Shown here in pieces: positions 1 through 13,366 of a stretch of 64,000 bases of DNA. The notes beneath the pieces are model-generated. The model made no database searches and was not told the origin of the DNA. It saw only the letters and a program-made list of their open reading frames with translations. Within the stretch, counting starts at the first letter, position 1; each line of letters opens with the position of its first letter. This stretch comes from Paramecium tetraurelia. Its lineage: Eukaryota. The stretch is from positions 248,001 to 312,000 of the forward strand of contig CT868485.1 of the NCBI GenBank assembly GCA_000165425.1, given 5' to 3'. The position numbers and the translations under genes are program-made.

Positions 1-45
1 TTAGCTGCATTAAAAGAGCAATTAGCTGCTATTAAAATGAGCTGA
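1..45 (+). CDS. 3' end of a gene truncated by the window edge
   Basis: Frame 1 reads LAALKEQLAAIKMS then TGA at 43-45, followed by an AT-rich spacer. Confidence 0.5.
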   Translation, partial: LAALKEQLAAIKMS

Positions 46-95
46 AAACGCTTATGTTATATTTTTTAATAATTATATTATATATATTCTAACCC

Positions 96-1239
96 ATGCA
101 AAGGAAGAATTGGTAACAAGATGTATGTTTTCTACTTAACCCAAATTTAGGAAGATAATGCATTGCTATAGAATTGTTAACAATTAAATTTCAATTGGAA
201 AAGAGTTTCAAAAAATATGAATTTAATGGGATTCAAAAGATCTGGCAAGTCTTGTAAAGAAAGGTTCTAAAATCAATTAAACCCTCAGATAAATAAAGAT
301 CAATGGTCACAAAACGAAATTGATAAACTATTTGAGTTATAGATTAAACACGGAAATAAATGGGTAGTTATTTCACTTAGAATTTAGAGAATCATAGCCA
401 AAGAGCTACCAAATAGAACTGATGGACTCATTAAAAATTATTTCTATTCCCTCGTCCGAAAAGTTCTACGCCGTCTATCTAAAGCGATTAATAGAAATAA
501 AAATGGTATCAACTATATTCATCTAGGTTCCAAAATGACTAAAACCTTAAAACCTTCGATTATCTCATAGATCTTTTGTACAAATCAAGATGAATCCAAA
601 TAATCAACAGATAGCTTAGAATTCGCTTATTTATTTAGAAACATTATATTCAAGTATAAAAATTATAACTTGTCTTAATAAATTGATAATGACGACATAG
701 GCAAAATTAAATTCATATTTCTTACGTTACAAAAATTAAGGTATTTTATTATCTTAATTTAGTGAATCTTATAATTCTGATAATAGTAAACGTTCTGAAA
801 CTAAAATAAACTAAAAATAAGAAAAATGCAATAATAAAAACTTGAATATTAATATTAATGCAGTATATATTATTTATATTAATTAGGTTATTTTACATAA
901 AATTAATAATAAACTTCCGATTTTTACTACGAATATGTATCCTCTAGAAAACTTGTATAAGAGATAAGATAATAATTTTGATCCTCCTCAATAAATTAAC
1001 TATTAAGCAAAATCATCTTTTAATACAGACTAAAATCTTAGTAGTGATGGATTTCCTTTCAAACAACCACAGTAATATGTTTTTTATCATCCTATTCCAT
1101 AATATTATTATGTAGATATACTAATATTTTTTAGTCTATGACTTTAAATGCTTATATATAATAACAACAAAACTTAAGAAGTTTGTATAGTTCTTATTTA
1201 TATGAATCAAATAAAGTCAAGCAAGAAAATGAAGAATGA
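96..1239 (+). CDS. Myb-like DNA-binding protein (two Myb repeats, Q/N-rich tail)
   Basis: Ciliate code: MQRKNWQQD|EDNALL...NWKRVS...RSGKSCKERFQNQLNPQINKDQWSQNEIDKLFELQIKHGNKW|RIIAKELPNRTDGLIKNYFYS. Short introns at 123-150, 364-387 and later; TGA at 1237-1239. Confidence 0.9.
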
Positions 1240-1462
1240 TTCGTTCTAATGTAACAGGCTTTTATTATGTTTATTATTATCTAAATTCACATTCTTCAAA
1301 TTTCGATCTTAATTTCAATTACAATGAAATTGATTATTAATTAACTGATCTAATTAAATGAAGCTCATTCTAAGTAAATCTGTAGAAAGAATATCTTATA
1401 ATTTAAATTAAATTTATAATTAATTTATTCAAAATTTATTACTTATTTTAAATACTTCTTAC

Positions 1463-2642
1463 TCAAAATATTTTACTTTTGGATAGGCATTTTGCATCAT
1501 AACTTTTATTACATTTCTAACATGGCTTAACATTAGGTTTTTCCAATTCTTTTCTTAAATATTCATATTTCTTATTGGATTCTTATAACTTTTATTCAAT
1601 ATATCTATTTTTCTATTTATCTTTAGCTTTTATTTCTAATTATTATTTGTATTGTTAATTCAATTCTTCAATGTATTACAATTTCTTTTAAACCTCTTGA
1701 TTTTGCTCACTCTCTTCTCTGTTTTGTATTTGCTTATTGATTAATTCACAATTCAATCTATATTCTTCTGCAGTCATTATCCTCTCATTTCTCTAAATTA
1801 TTGAATAATCATACTTTTTTTTCCTTTTGCTCTTAAATGGCTTTCTATAAGTACTTTGAATATTAAGTTTCTATCATTCTTTTTTTTCCTTGCTCTGCTA
1901 ATTTAATTTATTAATCTAACTAATGTTAATAATCTGCTTGCTATCTTTCTTATTTTTTTCTTTGTTTTTCTTACTCAATTAAGACAGATTCTTTCATTTT
2001 TAATGACTCATCTCTTTGTTGTTTTAATAAATTCCTTTCAATAATCTTTTTTTAATAAATAATTTGTTCGGCTTTTTCCTCATCTCCCACTTTAAACCAT
2101 TCATTCTGACTATCATCTTGTGTTTTTATTTTTCTATTTTTAATTTACTCATTCAAACCTTCCATAAACTATTTCTTTTTGTAATACGATTGGATGACTT
2201 CTTATTAGATTCTATTTTAATCTAAAATATCGGTTTTTTTAATTTATTATGCCAACTTATCATTATCTTGTTTCTCTTTGCTTTTTCTTTCTTCCCTATA
2301 TTTTTGGCTTTCTTGATAACTTTTTTATAAGAATTCTCTTTCTTTTAATTTCTTTTATATGATCTAAGTATTCTCCTCTTCTTATTATTTGATGATTGAT
2401 TTAGTCATTTCTTGAACATAAGCCTTATCTTATTCAATTATTTTCTATTTAAGGTGTTTCTTTTAGTCAGAGATTTCATTATTCACACAATTATAGCACA
2501 CCTAAGAGAGACTTTTGGAAGCTGATTAGCGATTTGCAATATATTCTTAATAAGCTGTGACTGTCTTTGAAGATGTATTTTGATGAGTTGAATTTCTTAA
2601 ACTCTAATTTTGATGACTCCTATTTATAATAGATTGTTGCAT
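1463..2642 (-). CDS. Coiled-coil K/E/Q-rich protein with terminal CxxC motifs
   Basis: ATG at 2642 (MQQSIINRSH), VCYNCV near the N-terminus, ends KPCQKCNKSYDAKCLSKSKIF-TGA. Confidence 0.7.
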
Positions 2643-3184
2643 TTAACAGATATTTAATAATATGAATAATTAATATTGTAGTTTTATGAAGTGTGCAATA
2701 TTTCAATAATATTTATAATTATGTACAATCTTATCAAAGAGAGTGATTATTCAATGTGAAAGTACTCAAAAAGTAAGTTTGAAATAGTAGTTATTGAAAC
2801 TTTATATTGCATTTGAATAATTAAGAATATTTTAAAATTAATTCTCAAATCATAAGATACACTGCATTTATGGGAGTTCCAAATTTTGAATAGTGCCTAT
2901 GGAAATACCTCCATAGGTGTAGACTGAAATAATACTGTAAGAACCTTAGGAATAATCACCTAATTATTATAAAAGCAATTTGAGATTCTGGAAAATTCAG
3001 TTATACATATTAGACTTTCTCATGATATTCAAAAGAGTATATCAATTTATTCGATTAATGTGATAGAATATAAGCAGTTTGACCCCCTTGGACTTGAAGT
3101 TATCAGTATAGTGAGATTCTTATAGTTAGCATAAACGTGATCGAGTATTTTAATGAGGTTTGTTATTAATAAAAATTAAATTAA

Positions 3185-5302
3185 ATGCAAAAGTCCATAG
3201 GAAAATATACAACTTCGAATTCAGGTTATTTAGGAAGCGGATCATTGGGGAGAGTACTATATTTAGATTAAATTTAGGTTGATAAAGGGAAGGACCCTGA
3301 GAAAAATATTGATGTGGTTCTTAAGGCAATTCCTAGGAGTATTTTAAAGGATGACGAGGCTATTCGGTTGGCTTTGTTGGATGAAATAAAATTGTTTCAA
3401 AAAATAAAGAATCCAAAAGTAGTGGAACTTTTAGATGTATTTTAACATGAGGGAACATATTATATGGTGATGGAATACAGTCAACTCAATTTATAACAGT
3501 TAAATATTATATGTTATGTTAGGTATTTAAAGAAGGACAAAGAGAAAATGTGTATGAGTGAATAAGAAGCTATTAAGATGTTAAATGATTTACTTGAAGG
3601 GTTCACTGAGTTAAATAAACACGGGGTGATGCATAGAGGATTAAAATTATCCAACATTATGGTAAATGAAGGAGTTTTCAAATTAGCTGGTAATTTATGT
3701 AAAATATAACTAGATTGTGGGTTATCCAAATGTTTAGAGTCATTCAGAAAGGAGTAGTAATAGCTATCCTAATATCAATATTTATCACCACAAATTTTAT
3801 CCGGTCAAAAATATACAAATAAATGTGATATATGGTCACTTGGTATCATATTATATTAAGTGCTCTTTGGATACACTCCTTGGTTTGGTGCAAAGTTAGA
3901 TGATTATCAACATTAATTATGGCATACATTACTCTAATTTTCAGAAGACAAAAAATAAATTAGTAATGAGATGAAATCTTTCATAGAAGGTTGTTTGGCA
4001 ATTGAAGAGGGTAATAGAGATTGAATATTTTAGAGGAGAGATTTGATTGGGATGCAGTTTATAAACATAAATTGGTGTGTGAGCATTTCAAGAATTACAG
4101 ATCTCAAATTAAACAGGATCAAATCAAATTTCTGATGAACGAAGTTAGGTAAAAAATCATCAAGTAGAATATCGATGTGATTAAGTTATTTAATGAACTA
4201 GATGTCAATGGAGATCAAAATTTAGAATATAAAGAATTGGTTGTACTACTTACAAAAATAGAGAAAACGTTATCGAATAATGATTGCAAAATCATATTTA
4301 AACAATTGGATCTTGATGGGGATAAAACTATTTCTTTTGATGAATTTGCAAAATGGTTAACTGATAATAATACAAAGATGACTTTATTAACTAGGAAATT
4401 TCATCGTCAATCGACTATGAAAACTGCCCCTTCACCTGGAATCTAACCTTAGGGTTCTAATTAGCCAATATAGAGCTAAGCCAACATATAAGCTCCAGCG
4501 GGATTTGACAATTAGCTCTATAATCCTATGTTCACATAGGAAGATTTAGAAACAAATCCTTTTGAAGATATTTGCAAGTAGCGATCTCCTGAATAAACTA
4601 TTTTACTTATTAAGGATGGAATCAATTAATTTAGATTGAATCTATTTGATTTTTTTTGTAGATTTGATTAGAATAGAGATGGATTTTTATCTTTTTAGGA
4701 ATTTTATGTCATGGCTAAATAAATTAACCAATAATTAACCAATGAAGAATTAAGAGTAGCATTCAAAGTTTTCGATTTGAATGACGATAATTTTATTAAA
4801 TTTGACGAATTTAAGGAGATCCTTGCAATTACAGTTCAAAGAGTATAATTTATTATTAATTTTAAGCCAAATAAATTAAATTTGAGTTTTCCACAATTTC
4901 CTATGCAAAATTTCAAGTCATGCTCCTTTTTTTGGTACTTAATATTAATAATAGCCATAATAACCATAATAGCCATAATAACCATAATAGCCATAATAAC
5001 CATAATAGCCATAACTTTCATAATAACCATAACTTCCATAATAAGCAATAGTTTCTTAATTTCAATAATAACCTTATTATTAAAACTAAAACTAATAATA
5101 ATAATAGTAATAATAGTAATATTAGTAATAATAATAATAATAATAATTGTTATATCAAAATAATAGCTATTAAAGCTTACCCTATAACTAATTTTAATAA
5201 GGAGGATAATAGTAATAATATCCTAATTAATAATAATTTAATAACAACATTCCAAATCAAAATAATGATCTTAATATTGCTTACTAACTTATGAATTATT
5301 GA
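3185..5302 (+). CDS. Kinase-fold protein with four EF-hands and QQP/Q-rich tail (probable pseudokinase)
   Basis: LGSGSLGR, VVLKAI, HRGLKLSN, KLADCG (split by intron), KCDIWSLG. EF loops DVNGDQNLEYKE, DLDGDKTISFDE, DQNRDGFLSFQE, DLNDDNFIKFDE. Several ~24-nt introns, e.g. 3254-3277. Confidence 0.85.
4949..5011 (+). repeat. Coding 9-nt tandem repeat TAATARCCA (QQP)n
   Basis: About 7 units alternating taatagcca/taataacca inside the kinase tail. Confidence 0.9.
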
Positions 5303-5370
5303 TTAAAGCATACTGATTTTTATAATAAATATATATAAATTCTATTTAAATAGTATTGTTGAAACAAAAA

Positions 5371-6686
5371 TCATGATTGAATTAATCTAATTTTCAAATG
5401 CTGAAGCGGAAGCTGAGGAAGTTAAAACTTATTGTTTGTATTTTATTTAAGTGGGCTAGCTAATTTAGGTTTCTCAGGTGATTTTGCGGGTTTTTGAATC
5501 GATTCGAATTTTAATTAAAAAGATTGAACTCTCTACCTGGTAGATGTTGCGGTTTTTCTGTCAGTTATTTGGTTCGATGAAAATGGAAGCACAGAATTAT
5601 TTTTCTCATTTGAAAAATTATTGCCTTATGAATAAAATGATTATTTGGAATTTGGTTATAATTTTTTAGTCAATCTACCAATTTTATAAGGTGAGGATTT
5701 CAAAGGCGAGTCATCCTAAAGGAAAGTTGTGTTGGAATTAAATCTAATAGAACCTTCTTTAGAATCTAGCATGGATTGTTTTATTTTATTTCTTTTATGA
5801 TCCTCCCAAAACTACTCTAGTTAAATAAAATCAAGTCTATCTTTTGGATCAAGTTAGATCATCTTTCTTAAAAGAATCGAAACATCATCTTCATCTTAAT
5901 TGATTTTAGCATGTAATTTCTGAATAAATTCTTGAGGAGTTATTTCACAACGTTTCGCATGAGATATTGAGAAGTCTTTGTAAATACTAAGATACAGCAA
6001 TCCCAACGAAAAGACATCAGATAAATAATAGTTTTTGGCATCCCCTTATAACATTTCTGGTGACATATATTTATAAGTCTAAATTTGAAATAAACATATA
6101 TAATACTCCAACAGAGTCAACTAATTCTGAACTTTGGAGCTTGCTTGAACCAACATCACAAATTTTATAACAAATAGGTTTCAATTCCATAACCAAAATA
6201 TTTGCTGGTTTGATGTCGCAATGAGCAATATGTTTTCTTTGCAAATATGCAAGGGCATTAAGAGTTTGATCAATTAAAGTATTATCAATTGGATACCCTG
6301 CTTGTTTAAAGTCATCCAAGTTGTATGATCCCAATTCCATACATATATAACCTAATCTTTCTTGATGGTATTAATTGATGGAATAAGATAAAATACAAGA
6401 ATCAAGATATTAAACAATATTAGGGTGATCTAGTGACTTTAACAATTAGACTTCTTTTTACATTTATTTTATATCATGATTCTAGGTTTCAGTTAATTCA
6501 TACTTCTTTAATCGCCACTTATTTTCCACATGAATCCTAGGCCTAATAAACACGATTATGGTTTTGGCTCAAATACCCTTTGATTATGTATTTATGAAAG
6601 ATATTGAAGCCCAATTCACATTTCATGTTTTATTAAGCCATAAAAAGGAATTAAATGTCTTTCCTTTAATCGCTGATATCATTCAT
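5371..6686 (-). CDS. Ser/Thr protein kinase
   Basis: VAIKE, HPNIV, HCDIKPANIL, ICDVG, MSPEM, SDVFSLG. Low-complexity C-terminus ending IRLIQS-TGA. Glycine-rich loop is degenerate. Confidence 0.88.
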
Positions 6687-8109
6687 TATATAAATTATGT
6701 TATTATTACATATCCTATATTTCTTATTTGGACACTTTTTAACACATAATTATCAAGTTGTAAATTGAATCCAAAGTCTATTATTAAATCAAAATATATG
6801 GAAATTCAATTGATTTTAATAAGTTGGATGTTGTTTGCAAAAATAGGAAGACAATTTTAATTTGAATGTATTAAAAGAGTTCAACTCAATTCTTAACAAT
6901 AAGTAGATCAGATAATTCAAGCTTTTTATCATTTCATTATTAGGGAATTTTCAATTAAGAAATGTATAAGAATCTAGAGGTTCTTTTGATACAGCAAGAC
7001 TAATTCAAGGCAGATTCCTCTGAATAGACACTTATCCTATCATGAAGTAAAAACAAAAATTATCAGGAGTATCTCTTATATGATAAAAATTAATACATTC
7101 TCAATCACTTTAGTTAACACAAATTGACGAAAATATAATATCAAATTGCTCCTTTAAGCTGAATATAATTAAACTAGATATTGATCTGCTAAAGATTCAC
7201 TGTATCATCAACGAAAATTTCAAACTCTCTTAGCCCTAAATTTAGATACTAGAAGACTAAATCTCCAGAATTGATTATAAGATTTTGGACGATGTAATTG
7301 ATGGTCCAATTATCAACTTAGATGATCAAAGATAGATAAAAAGTTTAGATATAGAATTGATGAAATAATATAAAAATTTATGGAATTGTTTTTACTTCTG
7401 CCATTGTATAAGTTACCTTAGAAGTAAATTAAATATGGCTTAGAGTTTAATTACTTTGATGATTATGGTTCAAAATATCGTTAATAGAATTCAAAAAAAT
7501 CTCCAAGATTTGTAAATTTATATGGCTGTTTTTAAAAGATGTTGAAAATTTTGATAAAGGTTTATTCCATTACCCCATTTGAATAATTACTACTTTGAAT
7601 TCATTAGAATAAATTTATGGAGTGGAGTTGTAGAGTGTTGATTATAAAAAATATGTATCTTCAGAAAAATAAAATACAAATCTTTTTATTTGGGTAATTG
7701 AAATTTCTATTGGAGTTAAGAATGCGTAATTTATTGGAAAAGGGTGTTTAAATCAAAAAAGCAGCAATGTTTAATTAATATGCATTTAAATTTTACAACC
7801 TATATAATTGCTATAGGTATTTTAAAAATATGGATTTTTCAAGCATCATATTAAAATATATAAATTTGTGATTAAATTGAGTCGTGATCTCAGAAATTAC
7901 ATAAGCAAAATTCTTCTGTCTGAAAAAAATTGCTTAAAGATAGATTTCTTTGAACTTCAAATTAGGAAGCAAACTTGGATAAATTCAGCAAGAGATGGTA
8001 TATAATTAGTACTATTAAGTTTGATAAAAGGGAATTTATTGTAAAAATTATATTGCCAAATTTTATTTTGGTTAATAAAGAGAAATTACATGTAATAAAT
8101 TATAAATAA

Positions 8110-10587
8110 ATGGATATTATTAATTCAATATTAAATATCATTATTATCTATTGTGGTATATCGAATCGAAGGTTTTTGATTCCATCTCTATGCCTCTTTA
8201 TATTTTAATTGAGAAATAGAAGATAATAAAATATTATAATATCTTTATGTAGAGCATTTAAAAATTATAATATATTTTCGAAATTTATGAATTAGGTAAT
8301 GACCTTGGGTTGTTTTTCTAAAAGGATGATGGAGACGTATGCAGTTTAAATTTTCTGTATGAATACTTGGGATCATTGTTGCTTGATATATCACAAAAAG
8401 AAAATGCTTTTTAAATATCATTATTTGGAAGAGAAAATTATCAGATAAGTATTATGGTGTAAAAAAAAATCATATCGAATATTTGATATTACAATGTCCA
8501 AAAAGAAGAGGTTGTACTTCCTATTGTGCTAAGATTGGTTTATTTACTTTCTTAATTTTGAATTTTAAATAGTAAATAAAGTTCAATTGGAATGCAAATA
8601 ATTCACAAACCTGTTATTCTTAGATCATTTAAACACCTTTGTAATGGTATAATTCAATTCAGTAAGTACTTTCTAAGTCGAAATGAAAGAAAGATTTAAG
8701 ATTGTTAAATATTAAGAGCTGCCTGGATCCCTGGAGTGGAATAGATAATGCAAATTATAGGATTATTTTTATATCCTATACAATTCTTAAAATATCACAA
8801 TTTATGATATGAGAACTATCAAACATGTAGGGTCAATTTAATTAGGTTTAACAATTTCAGATTTCTATTATATCAATGATTTATTATATTTAGGAGATGT
8901 GTATGGTACTCTTTGGTGTTATGATCTCAACGGCTTACTGTTACATTACTATGAGCATGCTCATGAGGGTTAGATAGTGAGTATGACAGTTCATAAAGAA
9001 GAATTATTCACTGTTGCAAATGATCTTATTATAAAAGTTTGGAAATTGAGTAATCTCTTATTTTGTCAATCTTATCCCATCTATCAACAGTAGATATAGT
9101 ATTTCAAATTCATCAATTACTCTAAATACTTTCTGCAATCAGCTGATGAATTATTTATTTGCGATTTAAACCATATATTGCAGGCTTACTATTTACACAA
9201 TTCATCCATCTCTGCAATGTCTAACTAATGCATTGCCTTTAAAGATCACCTCCTTTACTCTAATTTAACTAAAAAAGTCATATTTCCTTCCAATACAGTT
9301 TATTAAGTACTCTAAATTATCGATAATCCAAATCAACCAAATACATGTTACTTTCATTTATAGAATTAAACTTTAGCGAAATGCGTCAATAATTAATAGA
9401 CGGAAGTTCTCAACTTTGACAAAATTAGAACTATAAATGGAGACAAAATCAATCAAGAAATTACCTTTGTTCAAATTCTTGCTATATCTCCTCCTCTATA
9501 TGATGTTGAGTTAACTATTGATTCTAAAGACCAGATCAAAATCTCCAAGATGCTTAAAAATGCAGATCAATCTTTATTTTTTATTTTGGGTTGTTCCAAA
9601 GGAGCTGTATTGTGTGTCCCTTTTGAAAATTTTACGATTATTTACACCCGTGTAAACTATAACAAAACTGCTATTTAAAATATTTTTCATTTTAACGATC
9701 AATTGGTTATCAATAGTATTGATAATGTCATAAATTTTGTTCAAATTCAATCTCATAAAACCTAACTGATTAAATCACTTAAACTTTTTAAATTAGGACC
9801 AATTCATTTGACTTATTCTAAATAGCTAGCAATTGCAATATCCAATGAGTTATTCGTCTTTAATTCAAATCTAATAGCTTATGAAACTAGTTCTGGACAT
9901 GAAAACGATATCAAATAAATAACCAGCAACAAAAATTATATTATCAGCAATTCTTTATAACAAATGAAAATATGGACGACCAATGGATTTTGCATTTATA
10001 CAATCAATTTCCATGTTTAAATAGATTTTATCTATTATCTAAAAGATGATCTTATTACCAGTGTAAATGGAGGACTATGTAATTTATCCATACCAGAACA
10101 TGAAGTTTTAGAGATCGATACTAATGAATATAATGAAATCTAAATAATCGATTTGGTAGTACCCAAAAACTAATCATCCATAAAGCGAAAATCTCAAATA
10201 ATAGAGTAATAATCACTTATTTCATAACGTTTTAAACTGAAAAATACCTAAGAACTGCCATCGATTACACTAAAGATTTATACACAAACTAATGAAACCC
10301 CCCAGACTTCAATCAGAAACTAATGTAATACTATACAAACTATAACTAATAAAAGTACGAACATAAGCACATCTAATTCTCAAGTTCCTATTAGTAGAAG
10401 TGTTGATTGCAGGTATTAACTAACAAAAGAAGCCAGCTTTATTTTACCTACAGTAGCAAAACAAATAGAAGATACATCGCTATTTAATTAATACCTCCAT
10501 AGTAAAATCTTGAGAGGACAACGAAGAAATAGAAGAGATTTGACCTTGGATAGAATGAATATGGGGAATATTTTATAATTAAATTGA
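8110..10587 (+). CDS. WD40-repeat protein
   Basis: Long ciliate-code ORF with LGDVYGTLWCYD, AHEGQIVSM...LFTVANDLIIKVW, GHENDIKQI...MKIW. True start may lie downstream of 8110. Confidence 0.75.
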
Positions 10588-10997
10588 ACATTAAAATCTA
10601 AAAGTTGTTTTTATAAATAAGTTACCTAATTTTAATTAATCAAAAATTACAATATTATTTGTTTAAATTTCAAATGAAATTTAAACAAATAATAAATGAA
10701 ATAATTTAATCTAAACATAAATAAATATCTTAATTTCTTTTAGATTATTATGATTAAATATTTTTAATATTAAATATAATTCTTTACTAGATACACGATA
10801 AAGGATACATTATGAAAAGTAATTTATATCTTCAATGTATCTCAACGATATTTAATAATAGTAAATTTAAATTATAAATACTTAAGAGAGTTTATTAAGG
10901 TTTGATTGTCAATAGGCGAAGGAAGAAAAAGTTAGAAATATTAGTTGAAAATGTAAAATAATAATTAGGGAATTGAATAATAACCAATTATAAACAA

Positions 10998-11988
10998 TCA
11001 TTGTCTTTAATACCATCCTATTTCACATTTTCCTGGTTTATAGCATTAATTGTGTTCATATTCTAGTTATCTTTTTGCTTCTTAAGCTTTTAGAGTAGTT
11101 TATTTTTGCTTATCTTAATCCCGCTTTTTCTGATTTTTTTTTGCCTATTTATCTGCATTTTTCTCTTTCCTTTCGCTTTCCTTTTCAAGCATTTGAGTAA
11201 ATTCTTCCATATCTTTTCTGTAATTGTCCTTCAGGTCCCACCAAATTGGAGTTTTATAATCCTCTTCAGTCAATCTTAACCACAATACTAATGAATATTA
11301 AGATGGAATTACCTGGCTCTACCTTTGTGAGATTCACATACATAGTTCCTACAGACTCCACTTTTTCATAACTAGTAGCCGGGTCAATTAGTTTATACAA
11401 TTTAATGGCATATCTATATTTGAATGGAATATGGGAAACTATTCCAAATGCTTCTATCAAGAGGGAATCACTCTTTATTTCAACTACCTCCAACTTTGCA
11501 TTCAAACAAGCAGGGGCATCTTGTCTGTGAGAGAACTTGATATTGATAAATGTAGCGTTTTTTGATTGAGCCCATTACACTACAGGCTAGACAACTTAAA
11601 CTTGATTGCTTTGTGCCATTGCCAATTTGAATAGAGTTTACATTTCTCTTTAGCTGAGATACTTATCATTCTTTAAGAATGCACTAAATAAATTAAAGAA
11701 CAATACACAATTCTATCAGTAATATCGATATGATTCAAGAGGAAATAATTCTCATAAAGACTCAGCGCAACTTTATAATATCCTCTTGAAATGATAAATT
11801 CCAAACATTCATACTCGATCTGATGATTCTTTACTACATGATCCTCAAAGTATATCTATATTTTAACTAGGAATTTAAAAATGATTATTACCTTCAGGAT
11901 CACCAATGGTGAATTGTTCTAAATAGCATTTCTTGAGTAAGTCTTGAGAAGCTACAGAAACACTAATCAAGAATGTAAGAAAAAGCAT
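10998..11988 (-). CDS. Signal-peptide-bearing CS/p23-like (HSP20-fold) domain protein
   Basis: MLFLTFLISVSVAS leader; PVVQWAQSKNATFINIKF...YAIKLYKLIDP...VGTMYVNLTKVEP..W.RL...IWWD; charged tail. Confidence 0.75.
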
Positions 11989-12032
11989 ATTAAATTACGT
12001 GTATTTTAATAATTAAGAAATTTCTATATTAA

Positions 12033-13183
12033 ATGAAATAGCTGAATCGTACTTAAAATGAATAAAATCTTGTACACTCTGCAATTGCCTAAATCAGAAA
12101 ATAATACTAAAATGCGGAGTCTGAAGAAGTCCCCCAAGATTTGCTGGAGAATAAATACTACAAAGAATATGAGCCACTCGATAAACTAGAATTATTAGCA
12201 GATCAACACATAAAATATTGTACAAAGAGACTATTAAATATTGGTTACTCTATTCTCTATTTGGATGTTGGGTAACCTTGGTGTATATATTGGCCACTAA
12301 ATGCTTTGAGTATCTTATAAGAAGATGTATCAAAATATGAAGAAAAAATTCTCTAATATTTGCAGCAATGCAAAATTGGAGGCTTTGGTGGGGGTCCCTA
12401 TTAATTTGAACATTTAGCACCTACTTATTCGTCTTTGTTAAGTATAAATAATTCGTATTGTAGCATTATTCATTCTTGGATCTCCAGCTTCTTTAGGATT
12501 GATTGATAGAAAGGGATTGGAAAATTTCTTCTGGTCTATATAGGATCCAAGGGAAAAGGGATCTTATTTAATGCATATAAACGGAGAAGCAGACATGAGG
12601 GCTGTATATATAGTTGTGATAATGGTGGTCATTCTAAAATTAGAGTATCAATATTTGCAAATATATTAGTCCCAAGTTATTGGATGGTTGTGCTGAGTAT
12701 ATTGCATCATGTCAAACTTATGAAGGAGGTATTGGAGCTGTTAGGTATTCTGAGGCTCATGGAGGATATGCTTATTGTGGATACGCTGCTTTAGTGTGTA
12801 TGGGCAAGGCACATTACATAGATTAAGAGAAACTATTGAATTGGTTAGTGAGTAGATAAATGGAAAATGAAGGAGGTTTCAATGGTAGGACAAATAAAGT
12901 CGTGGATTCCTGTTACTCATTTTGGCAAGGAGCTATATTCAATTTGCTCATGTTATCTGGCTATGTCAATGAATAGTTAATGGATGTATAAGAATTAAAG
13001 ACCTATATTCAAATGTGTCAAAACCCGGCAGGAGGAATATTTGATAAACCAAGTAAGAACCCCGATACTTATCATACATGTTATGGATTAAGTGGTTATT
13101 CTTTGTCAGATAGTAACTTTTAGAATCCAATTTACAATGTTCCAAATAAATGTATAGATTTTGTGCAAAAATTCTTCTAATGA
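12033..13183 (+). CDS. FNTB: Protein farnesyltransferase beta subunit
   Basis: LDVGQPWCIYW, GGFGGGPYQFEHLAPTY, GEADMRAVY, CQTYEGG, EAHGGYAYCG, EGGFNGRTNKVVDSCYSFWQG, GGIFDKPSKNPDTYHTCYGLSG. Confidence 0.95.
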
Positions 13184-13366
13184 TCATAGGTTTTGAAATA
13201 CATTTACATATATTTCATATTTCAAAATCTAGAAGGGTTATTATTAAATATTATATCATTTTCATTACATTATTTTATATTAAGAAATAGTATTATTAAA
13301 GAATTATCAACTATTAAATATAAACATAGAAGAAATTGAATTAATATCGAATGTTTTTTATTTTAC

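Noticed and set aside
4836..5163. ORF-track IAIITI / MAIMVI repeat proteins
   Set aside because: Off-frame and antisense shadows of the QQP repeat in the kinase tail.
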